Of a DNA stretch of 64,000 bases, positions 10,761-18,887 are shown piece by piece; position 1 is the first letter of the stretch; each line of letters opens with the position of its first letter. The DNA is taken from assembly GCA_964491915.1 (NCBI GenBank), contig CAZBHS010000030.1:653-64652 (forward strand), written 5' to 3'. The stretch is from an uncultured Clostridia bacterium. GTDB lineage: Bacteria; Acidobacteriota; Aminicenantia; UBA2199. A model generated the notes under the pieces. It did no database searches, was not told the DNA's origin, and worked only from the letters and a program-made list of their open reading frames with translations. Position numbers and translations under genes: made by a program.

Positions 10761-12140
10761 TTATTTAAAATGAGATAACTGGGTTTTCCCTAATGGATAC
10801 ACATTGAAGCCCATGTGATACAAATCATGGTGGTTTAAAATATTCCTTCCATCAAAAATAAACGCCGGCTTCTTCATTGATGCAAAAATTTTTTGGTAAT
10901 CAAGCGACCGATATTCATCCCATTCCGTGATGATGGCAATCGCGTCGGCGCCTTCGGCGGCTTTGTATGGATCCGGTTCATACGTCACCAATTGATCGAT
11001 TCCTTCAAGATCAATTCTGGCATTGTCCAAAGCCTTGGGATCGCTGATGATTACCTGCGCATGTTCCTCCAAAAGTTTCCTGGTGATATCGATGGCGGGC
11101 GATTCCCGGGTGTCTCCGGTGTTTGCTTTAAACGCAAATCCGAATAGCGCGATTTTTTTATTCGCCACAGTGCTGAACATCTCTTTGACAATCTGCCGTA
11201 CAAAACGGTCTTTCTGAAAATCATTCATTTTGATGACCTGATGCCAATAATCCGCCACTTCGTCAAGGTGATAGCTCCGGGCGATGTAGACAAGGTTTAG
11301 GATGTCCTTTTTGAAACATGAACCGCCGAATCCCACACTGGGATTCAAGAATTTATTTCCAATCCGGGAATCGGCGCCAACTGCGTAGGAGATTTCAGCG
11401 ATATCGGCATCTGTCTTCTCGCACAACGCGCTGATGGAATTGATGGATGATATCCGCTGCGCCAGGAACGCGTTGGCTACCAATTTGGACAATTCGGACG
11501 ACCACAAATTGGCGGTGATGATCCGGTTTTCCGGCAACCAGTGTCTATAAATAGCCGCGATCTCTTCCGCCGCCGCCAGGCCTTTTTCAGTTTTATGGGA
11601 GCCGATGAGGACGCGGTCGCCTTCCAACAAATCGGAAATCGCTGTGCCTTCGGCTAAAAATTCAGGATTGGATACGACTTCGAAATGAAAATCCTTGTCA
11701 TTTGCTTTAAGAATCCGTTCCATCGCTTCGGCGGTCCGCACCGGGAGCGTGCTTTTTTCGACGATTGTCTTGTCGCCGTTCGCATGCTCGACAATCTGGT
11801 GGGCGGTTTTTTCCCAATATTGAAGGTCGGAAGCCATCCCCGCCCCTTCGCCGAATGTTTTGGTCGGTGTATTGACGGAAACAAAAATAATATCAGCTTC
11901 CCGGATACCTTCCTCCACGTTGGTGTCGAAAAAAAGGTTCCGACCGCGGCATTCCCGCACAACCTCATCGAGTCCCGGCTCGAAAATCGGCAGATTATCG
12001 GAGTTCCATTGTTTGATTTTTTCATGATTTATATCAACGACATTCACTTTGTATTCGGGGCACTTTAACGCGATTACAGCCATTGTGGGCCCTCCCACGT
12101 AACCCGCTCCTATACACAAGATATTTTTCTTAAATTCCAT
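10761..12140 (-). CDS. ugd: UDP-glucose 6-dehydrogenase
   Basis: 459 aa with Rossmann motif GAGYVGGPT and catalytic-Cys motif GFGGSCFKKD. It has the long (eukaryote-like) UGDH layout. Confidence 0.93.
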   Translation of the reverse strand: MEFKKNILCIGAGYVGGPTMAVIALKCPEYKVNVVDINHEKIKQWNSDNLPIFEPGLDEVVRECRGRNLFFDTNVEEGIREADIIFVSVNTPTKTFGEGAGMASDLQYWEKTAHQIVEHANGDKTIVEKSTLPVRTAEAMERILKANDKDFHFEVVSNPEFLAEGTAISDLLEGDRVLIGSHKTEKGLAAAEEIAAIYRHWLPENRIITANLWSSELSKLVANAFLAQRISSINSISALCEKTDADIAEISYAVGADSRIGNKFLNPSVGFGGSCFKKDILNLVYIARSYHLDEVADYWHQVIKMNDFQKDRFVRQIVKEMFSTVANKKIALFGFAFKANTGDTRESPAIDITRKLLEEHAQVIISDPKALDNARIDLEGIDQLVTYEPDPYKAAEGADAIAIITEWDEYRSLDYQKIFASMKKPAFIFDGRNILNHHDLYHMGFNVYPLGKTQLSHFK

Positions 12141-12151
12141 GATCTCTCCTT

Positions 12152-13255
12152 TCAGATCTGTATATTAAAATAATGTTTGTACCAATCGACAAAATGTGAA
12201 ACACCTTCCTCTATCGATGTCTCAGGTTTGAAGCCCACATAGTCGTACAATGCGTCTATGTCGGCGTATGTGGCGGGGACATCTCCCTTTTGCATCGGTA
12301 GATAATTGATATTGGCTTTTTTCCCGATTTTTTCCTCGATGATCTGGATAAATGTCTTTAGATTCACCGGTTTGTGATTGCCAATGTTAAAAATCCTGTA
12401 CGGCGCTTTCGATGTCGCCGGATCCGGGGCCATTCCGTTCCATTCGGTGTTTGGCACGGGTACTCTCAACATTACCCGGTACACGCCCTCGACAATATCG
12501 TCAATGTAGGTAAAGTCGCGCTTCATGTTGCCGTGATTGAATACATCGATAGGAACATCCTCGACTATTTTTTTTGTAAAAATAAAAGTCGCCATGTCTG
12601 GGCGTCCCCAGGGGCCGTAGACGGTAAAAAATCGAAGACCGGTGGTGGGAACACCAAATAGGTGGGAATAGGTGTGGGCCATCAATTCACTGGATTTTTT
12701 GGTGGCCGCGTACAACGAGATTGGATGGTCCACGTTGTGGTGAACCGAAAACGGCATTTTTTCATTCGAGCCGTAAACGGAGGAAGAGGAGGCGTAAGCC
12801 AGGTGTTTTACCGGGTGGTTGCGACAATTTTCGAGAATATTCAGAAATCCTGTAATATTGCTCTGAATGTAGGCGTGAGGATTCTCGAGGGAATAGCGAA
12901 CGCCGGCCTGAGCTGCTAAATGAACGACATAATCCGGTTTGGTTTCTTGAAAAATGTCATTGATCATCGCGGTATCCGTGAGCTCTGTTTTGTAGAATTT
13001 CAACAATGGTTGCGCGTCTGCGGTGATCGCGGAATTTTTTACTAAGGCGTTGACATCCTCCGGGGCGAAACCCAATGTCAACAACCGGTCCGTCTTGAGT
13101 GTCGGCGAGTAGTAATCGTTGAGGTTATCGATGCCAACGACATGAATACCTTGAGCGATTAATTTTTTTGTAAGGTGAAAGCCAATAAATCCTGCCATCC
13201 CGGTGAGAAGCACTTTTTTCTCACAATTCCGATTCGGTGTGTTTTTCTCTTGCAT
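12152..13255 (-). CDS. NAD-dependent epimerase/dehydratase, probable UDP-glucuronate 4-epimerase
   Basis: 367 aa extended SDR with GMAGFIGFHL (GxxGxxG) and YAATKKSSE (YxxxK). Its position immediately downstream of ugd supports a UDP-GlcA substrate. Confidence 0.8.
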   Translation of the reverse strand: MQEKNTPNRNCEKKVLLTGMAGFIGFHLTKKLIAQGIHVVGIDNLNDYYSPTLKTDRLLTLGFAPEDVNALVKNSAITADAQPLLKFYKTELTDTAMINDIFQETKPDYVVHLAAQAGVRYSLENPHAYIQSNITGFLNILENCRNHPVKHLAYASSSSVYGSNEKMPFSVHHNVDHPISLYAATKKSSELMAHTYSHLFGVPTTGLRFFTVYGPWGRPDMATFIFTKKIVEDVPIDVFNHGNMKRDFTYIDDIVEGVYRVMLRVPVPNTEWNGMAPDPATSKAPYRIFNIGNHKPVNLKTFIQIIEEKIGKKANINYLPMQKGDVPATYADIDALYDYVGFKPETSIEEGVSHFVDWYKHYFNIQI

Positions 13256-13385
13256 CTAATATTCCTGTTGGGTTATTTTATCTTCCATTTTGTATGAAAA
13301 ATTATAACACATCTTACACTAAAATAAAAAAGAATGAGTTAAGTTAATCCTGTTTTGCCGGGTTATTGGAATAAATTGACGAGGC

Positions 13386-13421
13386 GCAAACAAGGGGGCG
13401 AATGCTGAAATTCCGCCCCCT
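13386..13421 (-). terminator. Rho-independent terminator candidate after tonB-like gene
   Basis: On the minus strand, AGGGGGCG-(13-nt loop)-CGCCCCCT is followed by TGTTTG. Confidence 0.5.
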
Positions 13422-13454
13422 GTTTCCGGGATGTGATAGAGACGGTTGAGTCGC

Positions 13455-14189
13455 CTAACGCAGATTGAATGTAATCGTGACTGTGAACACCACGGGTTTT
13501 GGGACTCCGTTCACGATGTAAGGTTCGTAAATCCATTGGCGCACCGCCGCCACCGCCGCGTTTTTCAACAACGGGTGACCGGAGATGACCTTTGTTGTCT
13601 TGACATTCCCGTAGATATCGGTGACCGCTTCGATAATAACCACGCCTCTGACTCTGGCGATCATCGCTGTTTTGGGATATTGCGGTTCGATGCGGCGAAC
13701 CAGTTTCGGCGCCGTGACCTGGCTGACTCTCAAAACCGGAGCATCCGTCGCCTCGCCCATACCGCCCATCACGCCTTCCCAGGAACCGCCGACGATTCCT
13801 TCGTCGAATCCACCCACCACGCCGTCGGGATCTCCAAATTCAGGTAGCTCTTCTTCTTCGATGGTTGCCGGCGGCGCCAAAGGCGCCACAAATTGAGTGG
13901 TGGGGACAGGCTTGGGTTTCGCTGCCCGCGGCGCCTTTTTCTCGGTATTGGGGCGACGGCCTTTGCCTTTGCTTGCGGGCTTGCCTGCCGGAGGGGTCGG
14001 TAGGGGAGGAGTGGTCAATGTCACACTGGTGACTTTCAGTTCCGGTAGTTGAGTGGACGCGTCCATCAACGGGGCAACGATTAGGGTGACCGCGATCAAG
14101 GCGTGTAAGAGGGCGGAAAGCGGAAACAAGAGCCAGGTCTTGGTCTTTTGTTTTTCCACCATCACACTACTAAACAATTTCTTTTCCAT
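13455..14189 (-). CDS. tonB: Energy transducer TonB family protein
   Basis: It has an N-terminal TM anchor, a Pro/Lys-rich spacer (PPLPTPPAGKPASKGKGRRP..KPKPVP) and a C-terminal TonB domain (PQYPKTAMIARVRGVVIIEAVTDIYGNV...). The start was set at the ATG preceded by GAGGAGG (MEKKLF...), not the upstream ORF-track start at 14228. Confidence 0.85.
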   Translation of the reverse strand: MEKKLFSSVMVEKQKTKTWLLFPLSALLHALIAVTLIVAPLMDASTQLPELKVTSVTLTTPPLPTPPAGKPASKGKGRRPNTEKKAPRAAKPKPVPTTQFVAPLAPPATIEEEELPEFGDPDGVVGGFDEGIVGGSWEGVMGGMGEATDAPVLRVSQVTAPKLVRRIEPQYPKTAMIARVRGVVIIEAVTDIYGNVKTTKVISGHPLLKNAAVAAVRQWIYEPYIVNGVPKPVVFTVTITFNLR

Positions 14190-14199
14190 TGTAACCTCC

Positions 14200-14499
14200 T
14201 CATGGGTCCATGGCTTGTGTCCTTCCACCCATAAGATGTGCTAAATGGAAGATTTCTTCGTCCTGTTTCCTGTTTCCGGTCAGGTTGAAGAGAAAATTTT
14301 TGGAGGCTATCGCCTGGGACCCGGCAACGAAGATTGCAATCCTGGGTGACGAATAGGGTGATACCCCTGAAGCCTCCGATAATATAGCGTGGGCCTCTTC
14401 GTTCACCTCGAAAAGGTTCAGTTCGTTGATATCGAACACCAGATATTTGTCCAGACGCTTGAGTAGGTGTAGCTCTTTTGTTTGCAGTAAATCCGTCAT
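14200..14499 (-). CDS. Hypothetical 99-aa protein (N-terminus faintly PqqD/RRE-like)
   Basis: Open frame with plausible codon usage but a weak RBS. The segment YLVFDINELNLFEVNEEAHAIL resembles the strand-strand-helix start of peptide-recognition (PqqD-like) domains. No other support. Confidence 0.35.
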   Translation of the reverse strand: MTDLLQTKELHLLKRLDKYLVFDINELNLFEVNEEAHAILSEASGVSPYSSPRIAIFVAGSQAIASKNFLFNLTGNRKQDEEIFHLAHLMGGRTQAMDP

Positions 14500-14654
14500 A
14501 TCAGGTTCTCTTACTCCTTTTCATTTTCAGAAAAATCCCGAAATAAACCATCGTTATCCTCTCAAAATGAAGATAGGCAAGGCTAGTCTAGATTAATGCC
14601 GGGAAATAAGTATAAAGAAACAAAAGATAATTATCAATGTGGGCATTTACGACG

Positions 14655-14673
14655 ATCTCTTGGCTCGTGAATG
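14655..14673 (+). repeat. 19-nt motif ATCTCTTGGCTCGTGAATG, copy 1
   Basis: Exact copy of 18792-18810. It lies ~40 nt upstream of the -35 box of the methyltransferase promoter. Confidence 0.9.
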
Positions 14674-14711
14674 CCGTTCGACCGGGCGGGGAGAAGCGGC
14701 GGAGAATTGGA

Positions 14712-14739
14712 TTGACATTTCTTTTCATATTGTTATAAT
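14712..14739 (+). promoter_or_regulatory. Sigma70 promoter (near consensus) for the methyltransferase operon
   Basis: TTGACA-16 nt-TATAAT with an extended -10 (TGtTATAAT). The -10 ends 9 nt before the ATG at 14749 and no Shine-Dalgarno is visible, which implies a leaderless or nearly leaderless mRNA. Confidence 0.6.
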
Positions 14740-14748
14740 CAAGAGCAA

Positions 14749-17700
14749 ATGGATAATCTTGCATTATTATATAAAACGTTAGATTACCAAAATGGGAATC
14801 TCCTTCCGGCTACAGACGATCCTTCACATTGCGAAAATGAAACCGATTGGGTCGAAAAGGGAGAATGGTTATCCGCTGCAAAAAGAGCGGGCGCTGAAAA
14901 AGTTTTCTTCGTCGAAAACAATCCGGTTGTCATATTCGCAGAATGCGGCGCTCAATTACAAGAAAAAGTCAAGACTTTTAACCGGGTGTGGAGTTTGGCC
15001 CGCCCCAGAATTCTGTTTTTGGCGTCTCCTGGCGAGATAACGGTTTATGACCTGGCGCAAAAACCGGTGGATGAAAATAAAGAGAGGGAATGGAGCAAAC
15101 TCAAGCATCTCGATGTGTTCCGGCAGACACTCGACGTGACCAAACAGCTCCAGGCATATCATCGCGATCATCTGGAATCGGGACGCCTCTTTGCCGAAAA
15201 GCGGTTCGGCGATATTAAACATCGCGCAGACAAGTCGTTGATCCGGGACCTGAACACTGTTCGAACCGAGCTTGTAAACGCCGGCCTTTCGGGCGAAAAA
15301 GTCAAGTACGCCCATGCCCTCATCGGGCGCTCGATATTTATTCGCTACCTTGAAGACCGTAATATAGTGACTGAGGATTATTTTCTGGCTGTGGCGAAGA
15401 CACAAACCGGCTGGGCTGAATTGTTGGGGGAACCCGCTCCAAGAACAGGGATTGATTTCTCCCTCCAGAAAACATTCTATCCCCGGGTATTGTCGAGTAA
15501 AGAATTCACCTACGCGCTATTCAAAAAACTCGCCCGAGATTTCAACGGGGACATGTTTCCCAATGTGGATGAAGAGGAACCGGCGGTCACCCAGGAACAT
15601 CTCACGTTGATGCAGGATCTTCTCTATGGGGATATCGGCGTTCAAAAAAAATTGTTTTTCTATTCTTACCGGTTCAACATTGTTCCCCTTGATTTGATCA
15701 GTTCGATCTATGAAGCGTTTTATCATGAGACTCCCCTCAATACCTCCAAAACGAACCAGCGGCGCATGGACGGAGCTTTTTACACGCCGCCGGTTTTAGC
15801 GGAGTTTCTCCTTTCCCGCGTCCTGACACCGGAGGTATTGGAACGAAATCCGCGGGTTCTCGACCCAGCCTGCGGTTCCGGCATATTCCTGGTGGAGGCT
15901 TTCCGGCGGATTGTACGGCATAAATGGTGGGAAAAAGGGCAATTACTGACCTTCGAGACTCTCAAAAATATTCTAAAAGAACAGATCGCAGGAATCGAGG
16001 TAAACGAGGAGGCTGCGCGAATCACCGCCTTCAGCCTGTATCTCTCCATGCTCCATTATCTCGAAACACCGGCTATTGACCGGCAAATCCAATCGGGCAA
16101 CAAATTGCCCAACCTCCTGGCTTGTGATCGTCGGTCTGAGAATCATTTCCACTGCATTCTCGCGGAAAATGCATTCGATACGAAAACTATTGCCGGCTTT
16201 TCCCATTGGCAAGAGCGGTTCGGCTCTCAGAGCGTCGATGTGGTCATCGGCAATCCGCCATGGGGGGATCCAGGAACCAACGTTGATCAAAGAACCAGGG
16301 GTAGAAACGATGTTGTTGTAAATTGGTGCACATCTACGGGTAAAGCCATTGGGGATAAAGAGCCTTCGCAAGCTTTTCTCTGGCGCGCGCTCGATTTCCT
16401 GAAAACAGACGGTGTCGGCAGCATGTTAGTACCGGTAGGTGTTCTACTCAAACATCACCCCGCGTCGCAAGAGTTTCGAAAACAATGGCTACAATTTATC
16501 GAATTGACGGAAGTGTATAATTTTTCTCCTGTACGGAAAGCTTTTTTCAAGGGATCTATTTCGCCCTTTGTCGCCACGATTTTCAAAAAAAGTGTTCAAA
16601 ATCAGCGAGAGGTTCGTTATTGGTCCGTTATGCCGAGTGAGAGTATTGTAAAGAATCAAACTGTTCTGCTGTCGAGAAATAATTATAGAATCCTCATGAA
16701 TCTAGATTTGTCCGATCATCGAATCTGGAAAATTTTCTTGTGGGGCTCTAATAAAGATTATGATTTGTTATATTTTATCGAAAACTCCAGGAATACTACG
16801 ACATTAGCTGAACAAACTCTCTTGAAAGCTGTTGGATTTAAAAAAGGTAATCAGAAGCGAAAAACTCCTGCTTGGCTCTTAAAATATAAAAAAATAAAGG
16901 TAACCAATTCATTTTGTAATTATGGAAACTTACGTGATGATGCTTTTGAGAAAATGCCTCCAATGGTTGAACGTTGTGGTTCAGGTGAAGAGCTTTATCA
17001 TGGACGGCGATTGATTACTCTCGAGGCTCCCCGTCAGGCTGGAGGCGCGGATGGAAGACTCGTCGCCCGGTTTGTAACCGAGCCCTTCGCGTTTAACCAC
17101 TCGTTTCATGTGGTAAAGCTAAAAAAAGACGAGGATTGGATGTATCTTGTGCTCACCGGCGTACTCTGGTCTTCGCTGGCGCGCTATTTCCTATTTTTCA
17201 CCTCCCATTTCTGGGGAGTCTGGCGGGATAAAGTTCTGGTAAACGAGCGACAGCAACTACCAGTTATTTTTGCTAAAGAAAATCCCGCTACAGGAAAAAT
17301 CATCCGCCTCGTCGAAACGCTTCGCTCCTATCAACCTCGAGAACGGAACGCGCTTCATCCGGACGGCGTTCCGGCTGATGAGATCAAACGGCAACGAAAA
17401 CTGTGGGAAGATGAACTGGACGAAGCCGTATTCGAGCTCTATGATCTTAGCCAGGAACAAATCGATTTAATCCGCGATTTGTGCGATACAACGCTCCCAT
17501 TTTATTATAGACCGTTCAAGAGCGCCGCCCTGCAGTTGGTGGTCATCAACGATGATGTTTCCGCCATCGAATCCTACATCAAGACCTTCTGCCGCCGCTG
17601 GAACGCTTATCTGGGCGCCGATGAAGAGATGCGGGCGCAGATCCATTTAGGGGCGCACGGCAATATGGTGGCGGTGGAGTTTTTCCCCGCCGATAAGACT

Positions 17701-17958
17701 GATCCCTGGAACCTCGATGTCAGAGATCAAACCTGGAGTCATATCATCGAACAAATCGGCGAAGCATTGGCTCGACCGATGGGGACTTCGCAGGTGGTTC
17801 TGGATGGATTGCTGCACGTGATTACCGACTCGGCGATCTTTATTGTCAAACGCAACGAGAAACGATTGTGGACCCGCAGTCTTGCCCGTGAAGACGCGGA
17901 AGCAACCATTTGTAAGCGCATGGTGAACACCACGGCCAAAGGAGAAAATCACAACTGA
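14749..17958 (+). CDS. Large gamma-class N6-adenine DNA methyltransferase (Eco57I / type IIG / PglX-like architecture)
   Basis: 1069 aa. Motif X is AFYTPP, motif I is VLDPACGSGIFLVEAF, and motif IV is VVIGNPPWG. The helical domain upstream carries LIGRSIFIRYLEDR, comparable to FL.R.LF..FAED of MmeI-like enzymes. The C-terminal ~500 aa are TRD-like, with a tail ELDEAVFELYDLSQEQIDLI. Confidence 0.85.
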   Translation: MDNLALLYKTLDYQNGNLLPATDDPSHCENETDWVEKGEWLSAAKRAGAEKVFFVENNPVVIFAECGAQLQEKVKTFNRVWSLARPRILFLASPGEITVYDLAQKPVDENKEREWSKLKHLDVFRQTLDVTKQLQAYHRDHLESGRLFAEKRFGDIKHRADKSLIRDLNTVRTELVNAGLSGEKVKYAHALIGRSIFIRYLEDRNIVTEDYFLAVAKTQTGWAELLGEPAPRTGIDFSLQKTFYPRVLSSKEFTYALFKKLARDFNGDMFPNVDEEEPAVTQEHLTLMQDLLYGDIGVQKKLFFYSYRFNIVPLDLISSIYEAFYHETPLNTSKTNQRRMDGAFYTPPVLAEFLLSRVLTPEVLERNPRVLDPACGSGIFLVEAFRRIVRHKWWEKGQLLTFETLKNILKEQIAGIEVNEEAARITAFSLYLSMLHYLETPAIDRQIQSGNKLPNLLACDRRSENHFHCILAENAFDTKTIAGFSHWQERFGSQSVDVVIGNPPWGDPGTNVDQRTRGRNDVVVNWCTSTGKAIGDKEPSQAFLWRALDFLKTDGVGSMLVPVGVLLKHHPASQEFRKQWLQFIELTEVYNFSPVRKAFFKGSISPFVATIFKKSVQNQREVRYWSVMPSESIVKNQTVLLSRNNYRILMNLDLSDHRIWKIFLWGSNKDYDLLYFIENSRNTTTLAEQTLLKAVGFKKGNQKRKTPAWLLKYKKIKVTNSFCNYGNLRDDAFEKMPPMVERCGSGEELYHGRRLITLEAPRQAGGADGRLVARFVTEPFAFNHSFHVVKLKKDEDWMYLVLTGVLWSSLARYFLFFTSHFWGVWRDKVLVNERQQLPVIFAKENPATGKIIRLVETLRSYQPRERNALHPDGVPADEIKRQRKLWEDELDEAVFELYDLSQEQIDLIRDLCDTTLPFYYRPFKSAALQLVVINDDVSAIESYIKTFCRRWNAYLGADEEMRAQIHLGAHGNMVAVEFFPADKTDPWNLDVRDQTWSHIIEQIGEALARPMGTSQVVLDGLLHVITDSAIFIVKRNEKRLWTRSLAREDAEATICKRMVNTTAKGENHN

Positions 17959-18641
17959 TGCCCCGGCGCGAACTCCCTTCGTTTCGAGCAATGTGGAAAA
18001 CGCATGAAACCATATATCTGCAAATATTTTCCACCGCCCTCGAAGATCTGGTTGAGACTGATATCTCCGGTGATGAAGAAGACGCTATCTCCGAGAAGCT
18101 TACCCTCTCTCTCAAGCGGGCGTGTCTTGGACTTTCCCGCAGCCGGAACCAGGAGGTGGCGGTTCCTGTTTGGGAGGCTCCGATTCCGCCAATTGAAACC
18201 AGGGATTTGACCGGAGGAAAACGCGGAAAACGCCCTGATTTTACCTGCACCTGTCAAAATTTTCACGCCCAATCGCCTGAAGATTATGAAGTTTCCCTCC
18301 ATGTGGAATGCAAACGCCTGGGCAACCCCACCAGCCCCTCCTGGAATCTCAACGAAAATTATGTGAAAAATGGAATCAAGCGCTTTGACTGTTCCAGTCA
18401 TAAATACGGCAATCAAGCGCCCTCCGGCCTAATGATCGGATACATCACCGCAAAGGATCCCGGCGACATAGAGCGGGAGGTGAACGGATATCAAAAAAAA
18501 CACACGCCCCACTGTCCACCTATCAATTTTAATTCTTCAAGTGGAGTTATTCGAAAAACAACACAAGTGTTATGCCGAAAGAATGTCGAGCCCGGTCAAT
18601 TTAAATTATTTCATATGTGGGGCGACTTCAGAAGTCAATAA
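17958..18641 (+). CDS. PD-(D/E)xK-type nuclease candidate
   Basis: 227 aa. Its start overlaps the methyltransferase stop (TGATG). It has the motif KRPDFTC...(17 aa)...SLHVECKRL, i.e. PD ... E-x-K. Confidence 0.6.
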   Translation: MPRRELPSFRAMWKTHETIYLQIFSTALEDLVETDISGDEEDAISEKLTLSLKRACLGLSRSRNQEVAVPVWEAPIPPIETRDLTGGKRGKRPDFTCTCQNFHAQSPEDYEVSLHVECKRLGNPTSPSWNLNENYVKNGIKRFDCSSHKYGNQAPSGLMIGYITAKDPGDIEREVNGYQKKHTPHCPPINFNSSSGVIRKTTQVLCRKNVEPGQFKLFHMWGDFRSQ

Positions 18642-18791
18642 TTCCCAGATTTTGATTCTAGTATTTCTCTCGGTTGCAAACTTTAGTGCAGATCGGCTTC
18701 AGGTGATGCCCACCGTGTGACACCCCTACAAAAGGCCTAAACCCTCACACAGATTGGAATATCCGACTCATCTTGCCTGACTTTGATTGAT

Positions 18792-18810
18792 ATCTCTTGG
18801 CTCGTGAATG
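18792..18810 (+). repeat. 19-nt motif ATCTCTTGGCTCGTGAATG, copy 2
   Basis: Exact copy of 14655-14673. Here it overlaps the putative -35 (TTGGCT) of the CHAT-STAND gene promoter. Confidence 0.9.
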
Positions 18811-18826
18811 TTGTTTGCGTTATAAT
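18797..18826 (+). promoter_or_regulatory. Sigma70 promoter candidate for CHAT-STAND-TPR gene
   Basis: TTGGCT-18 nt-TATAAT. It is followed by a ~60-nt leader containing a small GC hairpin (GCCGGG-gagg-CCCGGC) and RBS AGGAGG before the ATG at 18888. Confidence 0.4.
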
Positions 18827-18887
18827 GGAGAAGATAGTCTGCAACCAAGGACCGGCCGGGGAGGCCCGGCTAAATTTAGGAGGAGCT

